A DNA stretch of 63,066 nt, counting the filler, from Asterionella formosa (taxonomy: Eukaryota): assembly GCA_002256025.1 (NCBI GenBank). It is 16 parts of 16 records of this genome, joined end to end, with 100 filler letters (N's around TTAATTAATTAA, not from the genome) between each part and the next. Parts side by side here need not be neighbours in the genome. Positions count along the whole stretch, not along the records: positions 51,843 to 53,159 come from NKIB01003029.1; positions 53,260 to 54,575 come from NKIB01003030.1; positions 54,676 to 55,991 come from NKIB01003032.1; positions 56,092 to 57,406 come from NKIB01003034.1; positions 57,507 to 58,821 come from NKIB01003035.1; positions 58,922 to 60,236 come from NKIB01003036.1; positions 60,337 to 61,651 come from NKIB01003037.1; positions 61,752 to 63,066 come from NKIB01003038.1; 8 more parts are not named here. One strand, given 5' to 3'. Both the position numbers and the translations under genes were made by a program. Under the pieces are notes generated by a model, which did not search any database, was not told the origin of the DNA, and was given only the letters and a program-made list of their open reading frames with translations. This document shows positions 51,843-63,066 of the stretch, piece after piece. Position 1 is the first letter of the stretch, and the number at the start of each line of letters is the position of its first letter.

Positions 51843-53159
51843 TATTATTGCTGCAACTTGACATTATGACCATTCTATGATGTTGGTGACTGTTCCAATA
51901 TCAAGATAAGGATACAATCTCGTTCTATACAGCCTCCCAGTCAATTGAGATGTCCAACATCATGGAAAGATCTCGTAGTTGTAAAGTTATGGAATATCCA
52001 GTAATAGAAACCTATCATTTGAATTTTGTGTATTATTGCTGCAACATGACATAATGACCTTTCTATGGTGTAAGTCCTTGTGCCAATATCGAAATAAGGA
52101 TACAGTCTCGTTCTATACAGCCTCCCAGTCAATTGAGATGTCCAACATCATGGAAAGATCTCGTAGTTGTAAAGTTATGGAATATCCAGTAGTAGAAACC
52201 TATCATTTTAATATTGTGTGTATATGCTGCAACATGACATGATGACCATTCTATGGCATTAGTCATTGTTCCCATTTTGAGATTTGGATACAATCTCATT
52301 CTATACAACTACCCAGTCAATTGAGATGTTCAACATCTTGGAAAGGTCGCAAAGTTGTAAAGTTATGGAATGTCCAGTAGTAGAAACCAATCATTTGAAT
52401 TTTTTGTGTTATTGCTGCAACATGACATGATGACCATTCTATGGCATTTGTCATTGTTTCCATTTTGAGATTTAGATACAATCTCGTTCTATACAGCCTC
52501 CCAGTCAATTGAGATGTCCGACATCATGGAAAGATCTCGTAGTTGTAAAGTTATGGAATATCCAGTAGTAGAAACCTATCATTTGAATTTTGTGTGTAAT
52601 TGCTGCAACATGACATGATGACCATTCTATGGCATTAGTCATTGTTCCCATTTTGCGATTTGGATAAAATCTCATTCTATACAACTACCCAATCAATTGA
52701 GATGTCCAACATCATGGAGTGGTTGCATAGTTGTGAAGTTATGGAATATCCAGTAGTAGAAACCTATCATTTTAATATTGTGTGTTATTGCTGCAACATG
52801 ACATGATGACCATTCTATGGCATTTGTCATTGTTCCCATTTTGTGATTTTGATACAATCTCATTCTATACAACTACCCAGTCAATTGAGATGTCCAACAT
52901 CATGGAGTGGTCGCATAGTTGTAAAGTTATGGAATATCCAGTAGTAGAAACCTATCATTTGAATTTTTTGTGTTATTGCTGCAACATGACATGATGACCA
53001 TTCTATGGCGTTTGTCATTGTTCCCATTTTGTGATTTTGATACAATCTCATTCTATACAACTACCCAGTCAATTGAGATGTCCAACATCATGGAGTGGTC
53101 GCATAGTTGTAAAGTTATGGAATATCCAGTAGTAGAAACCTATCATTTGAATTTTTTGT
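51843..53159. repeat. Tandem satellite, 188-bp monomer, 7 copies filling the whole contig
   Basis: CTGCAAC anchors at 51851, 52039, 52227, 52415, 52603, 52791 and 52979. Confidence 0.96.
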
Positions 53160-53259
53160 NNNNNNNNNNNNNNNNNNNNNNNNNNNNNNNNNNNNNNNNN
53201 NNNTTAATTAATTAANNNNNNNNNNNNNNNNNNNNNNNNNNNNNNNNNNNNNNNNNNNN

Positions 53260-53533
53260 ATCCAGGATAGTAATCATCTAAAATGTTGGTCCGAAGATTC
53301 TTTTTGTTTCTTGTTCTTCCAGCAGCTTCTTTCTTTTTCGATTGTTCCAGACAAAATCCCTCGTACCAAGTTGGGACAATGTACTCTTGAGGAGGATAAC
53401 GTACTCCTGCTGTTGTTCGTGCTGCTGCTGCAGTTGCTGTTGCTATTTTTCTTGCTGTTTCTTCTGCTTCTGTGGTTTCTTCAGCTTCTACTTTCACTTC
53501 TACTGCGTTTGTTCTTTTAAATCTGTCTGTCAT
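53260..53533 (-). CDS. 5' part of an unidentified ORF
   Basis: MTDRFKRTNAVEVKVEAEETTEAEETARK... stays open into the gap; GA-rich leader upstream. Confidence 0.45.
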
Positions 53534-54424
53534 GATGATTACGATGATAATGCTGAGAAGGGTGTCAATGACGTGGAAAAGAGAGAGAGAAAGAGTGAGG
53601 GAGAGCGAGAGATGACAACGACAAGGGTGACGTTTTTTGAAGAACCAATAAAAAATGTGGGAAGATAGCATTACCGCAAATTGCGGTAAATTTCCTGAAA
53701 CTAAAGATTTAGTTTTCTTTATCCGATATTAAATTGTTTATTTAAGCAAAATGACCGCAGCTTGCCGGTATACGGACCGATGAGACATAAAAATAGTTCA
53801 TTGCTTTAAATGTATTCATGTATATATATGTAAAATATGGTTAGGCAGGCTCTACTGGACAATGGTGAGTCATACACTTGCTGGATTGTGTTGATGTGCT
53901 TGAGTACCGGTACCAGGTACCTTGTACCAGGTACTCCCTACCAGTTGCTCCCTTTACCTGGTACCAGGTACCAGGTACCTATTTACATACCGGTGTACAT
54001 TTCAGCATCATATATATATGCTTATAATTTTATACAGATATATCGGTATGCATTGGCACCAGTACAGGTATCTCTGTACGTTTGTATCATAGGTACCTGG
54101 TACTGGTACCTTGGTTTAATATTGTGCCGTGGCTCAGTAAACTGTGTACATGATTTTTTTGTATCCACATCCTCTGCAACTACGACCGGTACTCAGTACA
54201 GTACCAGGTATTCCTTACCCAGGTTGCTAAAAAGCAAAGAAGAATCTTTGCCAGGCACACACTACCGGTACGTAGTATCAGCCAGCAAAGGAAAGTGATG
54301 GACTAAAATAAAATGTCGGTATAAAATCTTGATCGTCTTCGATTGCCATATACTCTCAATCCTTCTTCTTCTTCTTCTTCTTACTATTATTAATTATATT
54401 ATTATAACCTCTGACTGCAGATCA

Positions 54425-54575
54425 ATGAGGAGTACTACCATCACAGAGCTCCCTCTGGTCACAGCCAACGATGGCGCTATTATTCGTTCCTTTGAATTGT
54501 CCAATAGCAGTGGGATTGTTGTTGTCCTTTCCTCGGTCGGTGCTTCCATTCAATCCATCCTAGTTCCTAATTATT
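54425..54575 (+). CDS. Aldose 1-epimerase (galactose mutarotase)-like N-terminus
   Basis: IRSFELSNSSGIVVVLSSVGASIQSILVP matches the GalM pattern F.L.N..G..V.....GA.I.S..VP; cut by the gap. Confidence 0.65.
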
Positions 54576-54675
54576 NNNNNNNNNNNNNNNNNNNNNNNNN
54601 NNNNNNNNNNNNNNNNNNNTTAATTAATTAANNNNNNNNNNNNNNNNNNNNNNNNNNNNNNNNNNNNNNNNNNNN

Positions 54676-55262
54676 TTCATTGTTAGAAATTCAACAACAA
54701 AGAAAGGTCGGCAAAGATCAATCTGAGAAACACCTGGGACACCCATCCTACTGTCCTCATCGTCACTGGCAAACTCATCAGCACCAGTGTCATCTTCATT
54801 CTCGTCGTCCTCCTCCTCCTCCTCCTCTTCTTCTGGTTGAGTCTGTTGTTGTTCTTGTTGCTGGTGACGGCGACGTTCAGCCAAGCAGCCTTGGAGAGGA
54901 AGGGAAGCCCTCCCTGGCTGCTCTCCTTTGACCAGAAGAAGATGAAGACATGGCCGAAATCTTAAAGCGATGACGATCGATTTAGTGAGGAGGTTGATTG
55001 ATATGTAACGATAGCTATGCATATGTATATGCATACCTATTTTGGCAAGAGCAAGCCATTTTGAGTATGAGCAAGCAAGTCTTGAAATATCCCGGGAAAT
55101 TCTATATAGTCATTCATGTCTAAACATCTTTTTACATAATGCACTGTTATTTATAACTGTAAAAAATTTGTGGTTGTGTTGACCAAATTTTGGGGTTATG
55201 GGTACAACGATTTATGTTATAATACACATGATATAATAATTTTTTATTATCAGAGCGCGCCC
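54676..55262. mobile_element. Second copy of the GGGCGCGCTC-TIR element (right part)
   Basis: Homologous to about 10940-11791 with an internal deletion; ends GAGCGCGCCC|AGT. Confidence 0.85.
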
Positions 55263-56091
55263 AGTACCGGTAGCTAATTGTCTCGAAGTTACATCGCTTC
55301 CTATATTTGCGATACTGAAAAGAATAGGGTGTGGTGGACTGTCTATCAGGTGGTACCGCTACCTGGTACAACAGTATATACCGGTACACTTGAAAGCATG
55401 GAATACATCCATATTAATTACCGGGATGTAATCATGTGGTAATTTACAGCGATTTGGACTGCATACCGGTACACATCATGATGTTCCTATTTGGCGGCTG
55501 TACACATGTACTGTATGTATACCAGACTGCAGGCAACATTTCTGCCGCGTATCTTCTCCATGCATATGTTACTCGGTTTTTCTGGGACTTGGTACAGGTA
55601 TCTGGGGGGTACCTGATACATGTCATACCGGTATCTACAGTACCAGGTACCACGTACCCAGCTATTGTTAATACCTTTCTCAATTGCCGCGTATCGGATC
55701 TTATTACAGGTACATACATACTACGTATGTATGTAGGACTGTCCTTTTATGATTTATGATACTATGGAGCACTGGTATTCGGTACCAGGTACGGTACTAC
55801 ATATACTCTGGTCATCGATTATAATAATTAAGAATATCCAGTTGTCTTTTACCGGTAGGAGTAAAAATCATTCCTATACTGGTAGGTGCGCACTGTCAAG
55901 CGTTCCATTTTCCTTGGATCGCCAAGCCATTGCTGTGTGCCATTACGATGTGGTCCGTATCGCTCAATTCCGAGATCTACCTGTACTTGTGNNNNNNNNN
56001 NNNNNNNNNNNNNNNNNNNNNNNNNNNNNNNNNNNTTAATTAATTAANNNNNNNNNNNNNNNNNNNNNNNNNNNNNNNNNNNNNNNNNNNN

Positions 56092-57406
56092 ATATATGAT
56101 AAAATGTTATGATCATATGATGCACACACGAAGAACTCCCGCCAAGTAAGGGGCTTAAATAATCAGCTACCAAAATCCTTGCATATAAATAATGATACAC
56201 ATGGGTTGTGACTTACACCAATTTAATGGTCTAAATAGTTAGTTCCAACAGACATAGAAGATATTGATGCAAACAAATTTCAGAAACAGCACCGGTACAC
56301 GAAATTGTGGAAAACAATGGACATATGGTGCATTGCATATTTTCGAATTATCTATATGCAAATATGATCATTGGTACTAGCAGATGTGCCATATTGAAAG
56401 TGCCTTTGAATTGTTTAAATGTTCGACACTTCATATATTTACACATTTTATAGCTATATACCTGGCAAATATATTTGAAATTGTTCTTTCATGTTAACAA
56501 ACAATGCCTGCTTCTTGAGAAGAAATATCGTAGAAGCATATGACAAGGAAAGTTTACGCAATAACGAAAAACTCTGTGGCTTCGATACATTGCGCCTTCT
56601 ATGGATGGAGTATGTTTAAGGTAATGAAGCCATCAATGTGGTACATAGATGACAATCGTTGGGAGTGGACAACAACAAATTGTAAACTAAATGCACGTTT
56701 CCTTTCTTCTCAGTTGATTCAATAGCTCATTTCGCTTGTTGGGGAGCACCAATGTAAAATAAAACAAAATTGGTAAGTGCTCTTGTCGTTGGACCTATTC
56801 ACTCTTGATGGAACATAACTGGCGGACACGCCATGCATGTTTACCTTCTCTCAAAGTTAAGCTAACGAAAATGAATCGGTAAGTTCTATTCGACAACATT
56901 GGATACCTGAAACTTGCTTACTTATTCAAGAATTTACTGACAATTTACTATTACAGACTTATGCATCACTTGCTTTGATTTGGCTGTGGTAAGTGAAGCA
57001 AGCAAGAGGATACGACGGAATTGCGTGATGTTGTGTCAGTGTAACATGTCTAGCTAACAAGTCATTCCTTCTCATTGTTACCACTGTAACTGTATAGAAC
57101 AATAAAAACAATCAAACAAAGAAATAGTCGGCGAGTTCAGAGTGTCACTTACAGCAGGGAGAGAGTCGATACCTTAAGCACTGCATGGTACAAGATTCAG
57201 AATGTAGGAAGAAAAGGGCGAGACAGGAACAATATACATTGAGCCAAGTGGAGAGAGAAACATTGGTTTGCTGGCCTGTAGAATCATAGATAGCACTGCT
57301 AAATTTGATAGTTAAATTACGATCCATTTCAATCTATTTTGAACAAAGCTCGTGATTAGAATTATGATCATGTTTAGGATAGATATATGATGAAACAATT
57401 GAAATG
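56092..57406 (+). mobile_element. Plavaka-type subterminal arm copy
   Basis: Homologous to 14563-15670 and 40678-41600. Confidence 0.8.
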
Positions 57407-60400
57407 NNNNNNNNNNNNNNNNNNNNNNNNNNNNNNNNNNNNNNNNNNNNTTAATTAATTAANNNNNNNNNNNNNNNNNNNNNNNNNNNNNNNNNNNNNN
57501 NNNNNNAAAACATGACAGGTTTTTCCTTTTATGTCGCTATGGCTGTACCGGTAGGAGTAGAAGTGCGTATCATGATCTGTCGCAAGTCGGCAAAGCCAAT
57601 GAGTTGAGGGTGAACACCAGCCAACATGACTACCGGTACTTCCCCAGTACATTGTACGTACCAGGTACCTGGGTACCTGGTACCAAATATTCCATGTACT
57701 GCTGGATGCAGTCTGTTCGTATTTTCTTAGCATGCTGCATAGGCTTTGTTTCACCAGACCAGCGCTGACGGTTCCATTTCGACTCGTGCTAACAGTATGT
57801 AGCCGTAAGTACCGGTAGATACACATAAAAAAAAATTATCCTCAGGAGCGGAGTTTGTACATACCAATGTAGAGTAACAGGTACCCCCTGGTACCAAGGA
57901 ACCTTCTGCAAATTGGGATACCGGCAGCATGCGTAACTCCTGACCTAACCCTATGCAACAGATTCACGTTTCGCTGCTCAAGTTTAAGTAAGATGTCAGT
58001 TCCCTGCTTACCGGTAGTAAGATAAAAGTTTCCTCGGTGGGAAGGCCGGCGTGCATGCATTTTACCCCGCCGGCCCATCCCAAAGGACGTCAACATATTT
58101 TTACAGCGCCTTTAGTTTTTGCGGCGAATTTTGAAACGTGCATAAAAAATTCACTTCCATGTGTACAAGCACGTTTTCCGTATGTCCCCTGTTTTCTAGT
58201 ATACATCGCGAGCGATGTCGAAGGTGCAATTTAACTACCAGTGCAGTACATGGCAACGACTGTATGTATGCCCATAAACAAAGGTTTCGCTGAGAGTTAA
58301 TTATTTTTCGGACACTTTCGCAGTACATATCGATAGCCATAACTGTTTGTACCTGCTACCTGGTAGACGATCTTGTAGCATCCAACAAATATATTAGGTA
58401 CATGTAAAAATGACTGGTAGCCTGCTACCGTACTCCATGTAGGTTCATCATATCATGTGCAATTGAACTAACAGCTTTATTTTTTTACTTTCAAATTAGT
58501 GTACCGAGCCTGCTATCTCCTCCCCGACATCCTCTACGGAGCGGGGACTAAGTGGCCATTTAATATATTTTTACTCCTGGGAGTACGGTACCTACCGGTA
58601 TTTCATTTATTTATGTGTGAACGCCGGTTGTGCTTGATATGCAAAGCTCATTCAAGGTTGCGGGACTACCTATGAAGGTACAATATAAATGTTGGAGCAC
58701 TCCCGGTCTACGTTTACATGTTGTGCATATTTGAATTTTGTGTCAAGAAGAGATGCATTTATCCACGTACATTCTTTGAAGCATCACAATAATAGGTTCA
58801 CCTATTGAGGCTTCTCGTATTNNNNNNNNNNNNNNNNNNNNNNNNNNNNNNNNNNNNNNNNNNNNTTAATTAATTAANNNNNNNNNNNNNNNNNNNNNNN
58901 NNNNNNNNNNNNNNNNNNNNNCTGTATTTGTATGATTACTTTGTGGTTACCATTATGAGTCAATATGGATCAATATTAGAACCATATGATCAAATATTAT
59001 AAGTATAAACATGCTTATCAAATATTCATATATAAGGGCCGTTCTTATAATTTTTTTTCGGGTATCACGGAATTTGAATTTTTTTGAAAATGTATCAGCA
59101 ACGGTAACTCGATTTGAACTGAATTTCATTCATTCCAAAAGTGTCACTGTATCACTAATTTGTGATCACAGTGTATCATAAAAACAACCATGCATGGTTT
59201 AAACTAGTATGCTTTAACGCTTACTTTGAACTCGTTATAATATTATCTCTGTAGACTCGGTATTATTTTTACGAGACCTGAAATGTTGAATTATATTGTT
59301 CACATATTCATTGATTTTACGTACCGTATGCCCGATTTCGTCCTCACAAATATAGTTCTCACTCTATCTTGCCTGCCTTTGCTCTATTCGGGCTTGCAAT
59401 AGGCAATGTTCGTCTTTCTTTGATCCCATAGTCTGCTGCTTTTTATGCTAGTTGAAGCGGATTGGTGAGTACAACAGTGAAATACTGAATGTGGATTGTA
59501 GATCGTATTTATCGACTTTCCGATTTGATTGCTTCCGTGGTTTGTTTTGATTGCTTCCATCGTTGTTTGTTGTTACGCACTGTCGTTTTGTTTCAATTGT
59601 ACATATCTACATAAGAACCAATGCATTTATCAATGACTACTCATTGAAGATGTGGTATTGTGCCGTTGTTGATCGTATTTGTTGATTTGAATAGTCATTG
59701 ACAATCATGTCAATATTGCCACCAAGCAATGCTTTTCTTGTACTAACACGCTTTGCTACATTTCTACTACAAGTTCGTATCAGAAGCTACATGAATACTC
59801 AGCTACAGAGAGTCAATAGTGCTGGAGCAGCGTGGCGATCATGCTTGCTCAGAATGGAATGATCAGGGTTGCTTGTTTGGTGGGCAGAGAGGAATGACTG
59901 TGGCGGAAATACTGCTACTGGTGTCAGGCTGCTACTAGAGCGATGCGCATGGTTGCAGCAACCCGAAAATTTACGCTAGATAACGATGCAGGTCTAAATT
60001 GGGTTCAGCTTTTTTTATTCTTCTTTCGGTCTTCGATTTTGTGTTGATGGAAAGTCAATGTGGCCTGTGGAAGTACTACAATGATTCACAATGCATACGT
60101 CTCCATTGGAACTATTATTTTTTAATTTCATTTCTAACCCAAAACAATTTTTTCTATTTCTCATTTGATGCTACTTATTACATCGCATTTCATACTTTGG
60201 TTGCTCCAAACATCATGTTCAATTTTCATTGATGTTNNNNNNNNNNNNNNNNNNNNNNNNNNNNNNNNNNNNNNNNNNNNTTAATTAATTAANNNNNNNN
60301 NNNNNNNNNNNNNNNNNNNNNNNNNNNNNNNNNNNNGGGGGATACAGGACACCAGCTTTGTTGGCACTGCATACCTGAGTTCGCCCATTCCCCAAACCTA

Positions 60401-60955
60401 CCTAGTATCTGGTTAAGGTTCCTGCATTTGAACCCCATAGGCAAAAATTAAAATATTGCTTCGGGTTACCGAAATTCCCTGGAACTAAGAACTTTTATGT
60501 TCTAATTTTGAATATCAATGATTCCGTTTAAAATATTGAAATCAGTGGAAATGTGCGTGTACGAATGTATCCTTTTCAAATTCATTAAATATGTATAAAC
60601 AGATTCTACATCGCTTAATGTATAAAAAGCTACTCTACCGATAGTATACCTACTCGGATCAACAAATATGTATCATATGCATGACCTGGCGGCTCAGAAA
60701 AATATTTGAATGTGCATCCTGGTACTATGACCAATGATGATCAGCTACCAGTACCTGGCACCGGTAGGTTTACCCAGTACCTGGTGCTCATTATTCCTAC
60801 TCCATACGGATACTGGTATAAGGGAAGCATTGGCCAACACCCAAGAAAATGCTTCATGTGCATCCAGTGTGGCCGGCGTGGGATTGCAAGAACTCGCAAA
60901 CCGTGCCAATCGAACGGATATAAGTATAACCAATCAGAATATGAATAGTACAGCA

Positions 60956-61052
60956 TGTAATTACAATGGAACTTTTTTCTACAGGAGATTTTATGACTAA
61001 AATTGTAATTACAATGGAACTTTTTTCTACAGGAGATTTTATGACTAAAATT
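60956..61052 (+). repeat. Perfect tandem duplication, about 48-bp period
   Basis: TGTAATTACAATGGAACTTTTTTCTACAGGAGATTTTATGACTAAAAT occurs twice. Confidence 0.9.
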
Positions 61053-61238
61053 TTTCGCACAAGACTACCATTCTGATGATGACGTTTCGGCGATTAGTGA
61101 TTCTGATTCCGACATTTTGGTGACTGTTGAAAAAGCCGATATTGTCGAATTTTTGGACGGCAATAGCTCAATGTTGGCAGGGTTTGAAGAAGAGTTAAGT
61201 ACATAGGTAATCTTCAAATAGCCCCAGAAGTTAACTTT

Positions 61239-61362
61239 TGGTGAGAAACTACAGAAAGGAACTTCGGTTTCTTTACTAGGCCAAATAAACGAGTTGGCCT
61301 GGTAAAATCCACTATTTCAGCATAGTTAAAAAACCGAAGTTCCTTTCTGGAGTTTCTCGCCA
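61239..61362. repeat. Fold-back element with about 40-bp inverted arms (MITE-like)
   Basis: TGGTGAGAAACTACAGAAAGGAACTTCGGTTTCTTTACTA pairs with TAGTTAAAAAACCGAAGTTCCTTTCTGGAGTTTCTCGCCA. Confidence 0.8.
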
Positions 61363-61848
61363 GATCCTATATCCTGACAAAATGCAGCATTGACCTATGC
61401 CGCTACTTTGATAAATGACAGTATTTAAGCATATGGAAAGGGTGTGTATTGGTGAATTACAGTACACTACATTGTGGTTTTGAGCCTACATTCTGGTACC
61501 AGGTAGTACAATTAACTAACAACTGTAAGTTTGCAGATTTTTCCTTTCCTCAAAAGGCTCCCTCCCTGATGGTGTCTTCCTCTACTCCTTGGCGTCAGTA
61601 AATGCTTTTCTAGGTACAGATTGCGTAGAGCATATTAGGGGTATACTATCCNNNNNNNNNNNNNNNNNNNNNNNNNNNNNNNNNNNNNNNNNNNNTTAAT
61701 TAATTAANNNNNNNNNNNNNNNNNNNNNNNNNNNNNNNNNNNNNNNNNNNNACGAAACTCGCATATCGCTATCGATTGTTGCTCTTGACAGCGCCAAAAT
61801 AATCCAACTTTGGTTCTGTCTGAAACCGACAATGAATCATCCTCGTTG

Positions 61849-61896
61849 GCTGCTGCTCCTGCTGCTCCTGCTGCTCCTGCTGCTCCTGCTGCTCCT
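61849..61896. repeat. 9-bp minisatellite (GCTGCTCCT)x5
   Basis: Directly visible; would encode GAAGAA on the minus strand. Confidence 0.85.
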
Positions 61897-63066
61897 TCCC
61901 ATGCAGCATCCTGCTTTGACAACAATGGATGACGATATCCTACTGGGATCGTCGAAGACTCAAAGGACAATATTTTATAGATAGCTGCCGGTATTATTCA
62001 AAGGTTTTTGTACTTAAGTTTATTATTTGTCTACATCAAGAGAGTACGGTAAATGTGTATTGTAAGCGTTTGTGGATCAATGAAACAGTTGACGTTATGT
62101 TGCCGGCGCGAACCACAATCTAAACCAATAGAAATGCTCCTTTTATTTGGCTACAGTCGGAGTCTAATCGACCAAATACCAGATATTTGGTCGATAAGGG
62201 GGTCATCCTCGATCAAGACCAAAGCATATTTGGTCTTGGTCGATGCGGTGGCTAAAATATTTTTGCTTTTTCGACCAAAACAACGCATCATGACGTGTAA
62301 TGACCCGCAACTTCAATTGGCTTGGTATTTGGTCGATGCGGTGGCGATGCTCTTACGGTAGTTGTGTTTTCTAACTTTTAAAAATACCTGTACTCTAAAA
62401 CTGTTTGAAAACCGCTTTCACATACATGTAAAAGTATACATGTCGGTAATATAATAGCTCTGGAAGGACGACTGATGACATTTCGCGCTTCAAGTGGGTG
62501 TCCTACCGGTAGTTCATTTACTGATCGAAAGGTAGGTTAGGTACCTGGTACCTGTTACCTGGTATTGGGTTGACATTGTGTATGAACCATACAAACATCA
62601 GTTGACAGTTGACAACAGCAACTCTTCAAGCGAACATCTGCGCGAACATTTGCTTCCTTTTGTGTGCTCATGCTCACACATGTGCAGAGTCCTATGGGTC
62701 GAGATAGCCCGCAATGGCGCTGATACATAATTTTATTTAGCAGAAATACCGGCAATTTGATTCCATTGACCATAGGTACCATGTACCAGGTACCATTACC
62801 GGTACTGTACTATATTTAACAACCATATTTATACAATACAGTAGTACTACTACTGGAGACCAGATGACGATATCTGTCACCATTTTCTAATGTTCCTTGT
62901 TCCCTACCGTTATGCTCCGATGTACGTACTGCAGGTGCTAGTACTAACTAGTAACGTAAGAACAAATGATATTTATGATGAATCACAGTATGTACGTACA
63001 TTTTATCATGTTGGACAAGTGTGAAATTCCTGCCGTTGCTGTCCACATAGCGATTATGCAAGACAA

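Noticed and set aside
51843..53159. CRISPR-like array
   Set aside because: Whole 188-bp units repeat with no unique spacers, there are no cas genes, and the context is eukaryotic.
51941..53215. Repeated short ORFs
   Set aside because: By-products of the satellite; the 188-bp monomer is not a multiple of 3.
53837..55759. ORFs rich in YQVPGTRY-type peptides
   Set aside because: Spurious frames created by the stop-poor GGTACC motif chains.
58038..58082. GC-rich imperfect hairpin
   Set aside because: Short and single, with no recognisable RNA family or terminator context.
59033..59060. TAA|GGGCCGTTC Harbinger-like terminus
   Set aside because: No partner TIR on the contig.
60706..61000. Short Cys-containing ORFs
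   Set aside because: Overlapping short frames with no recognisable domain.
21575..61751. Recurrent TTAATTAATTAA palindrome at ~1.4-kb spacing
   Set aside because: Artificial all-frame-stop linker between contigs; the regular spacing reflects similar contig sizes. Adjacency across these gaps has no biological meaning.

Overview
This window is not one contiguous locus. It is 16 contig pieces joined by an artificial 100-bp spacer (44 N + TTAATTAATTAA + 44 N): two of about 21.5 kb and fourteen of about 1.3 kb. The content is eukaryotic repeat-rich DNA, most likely from a diatom, judging by the Copia gag/pol types, RNase H-bearing non-LTR elements and GT-AG intron signals. It is dominated by nested, decayed transposons: several copies of a large TIR DNA transposon with a Plavaka-type (CACTA/CMC-related) transposase plus a Ulp1-like protease, Copia and Gypsy LTR fragments, non-LTR fragments, PIF/Harbinger-group non-autonomous elements and a 188-bp satellite. 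Host-like genes are few: an intact SAM-dependent methyltransferase with a partial paralog, the N-terminus of an aldose 1-epimerase, and some fragments. The most striking signal comes from aligning paralogous repeats by eye. They differ by two stereotyped micro-insertions, NN to NN-GC-NN and TA to TA-CC(W)GG-TA, which look like pervasive transposon excision footprints. A PDZ-like domain inside a Copia pol is also notable. All homology calls are by-eye motif recognition; no searches were run.
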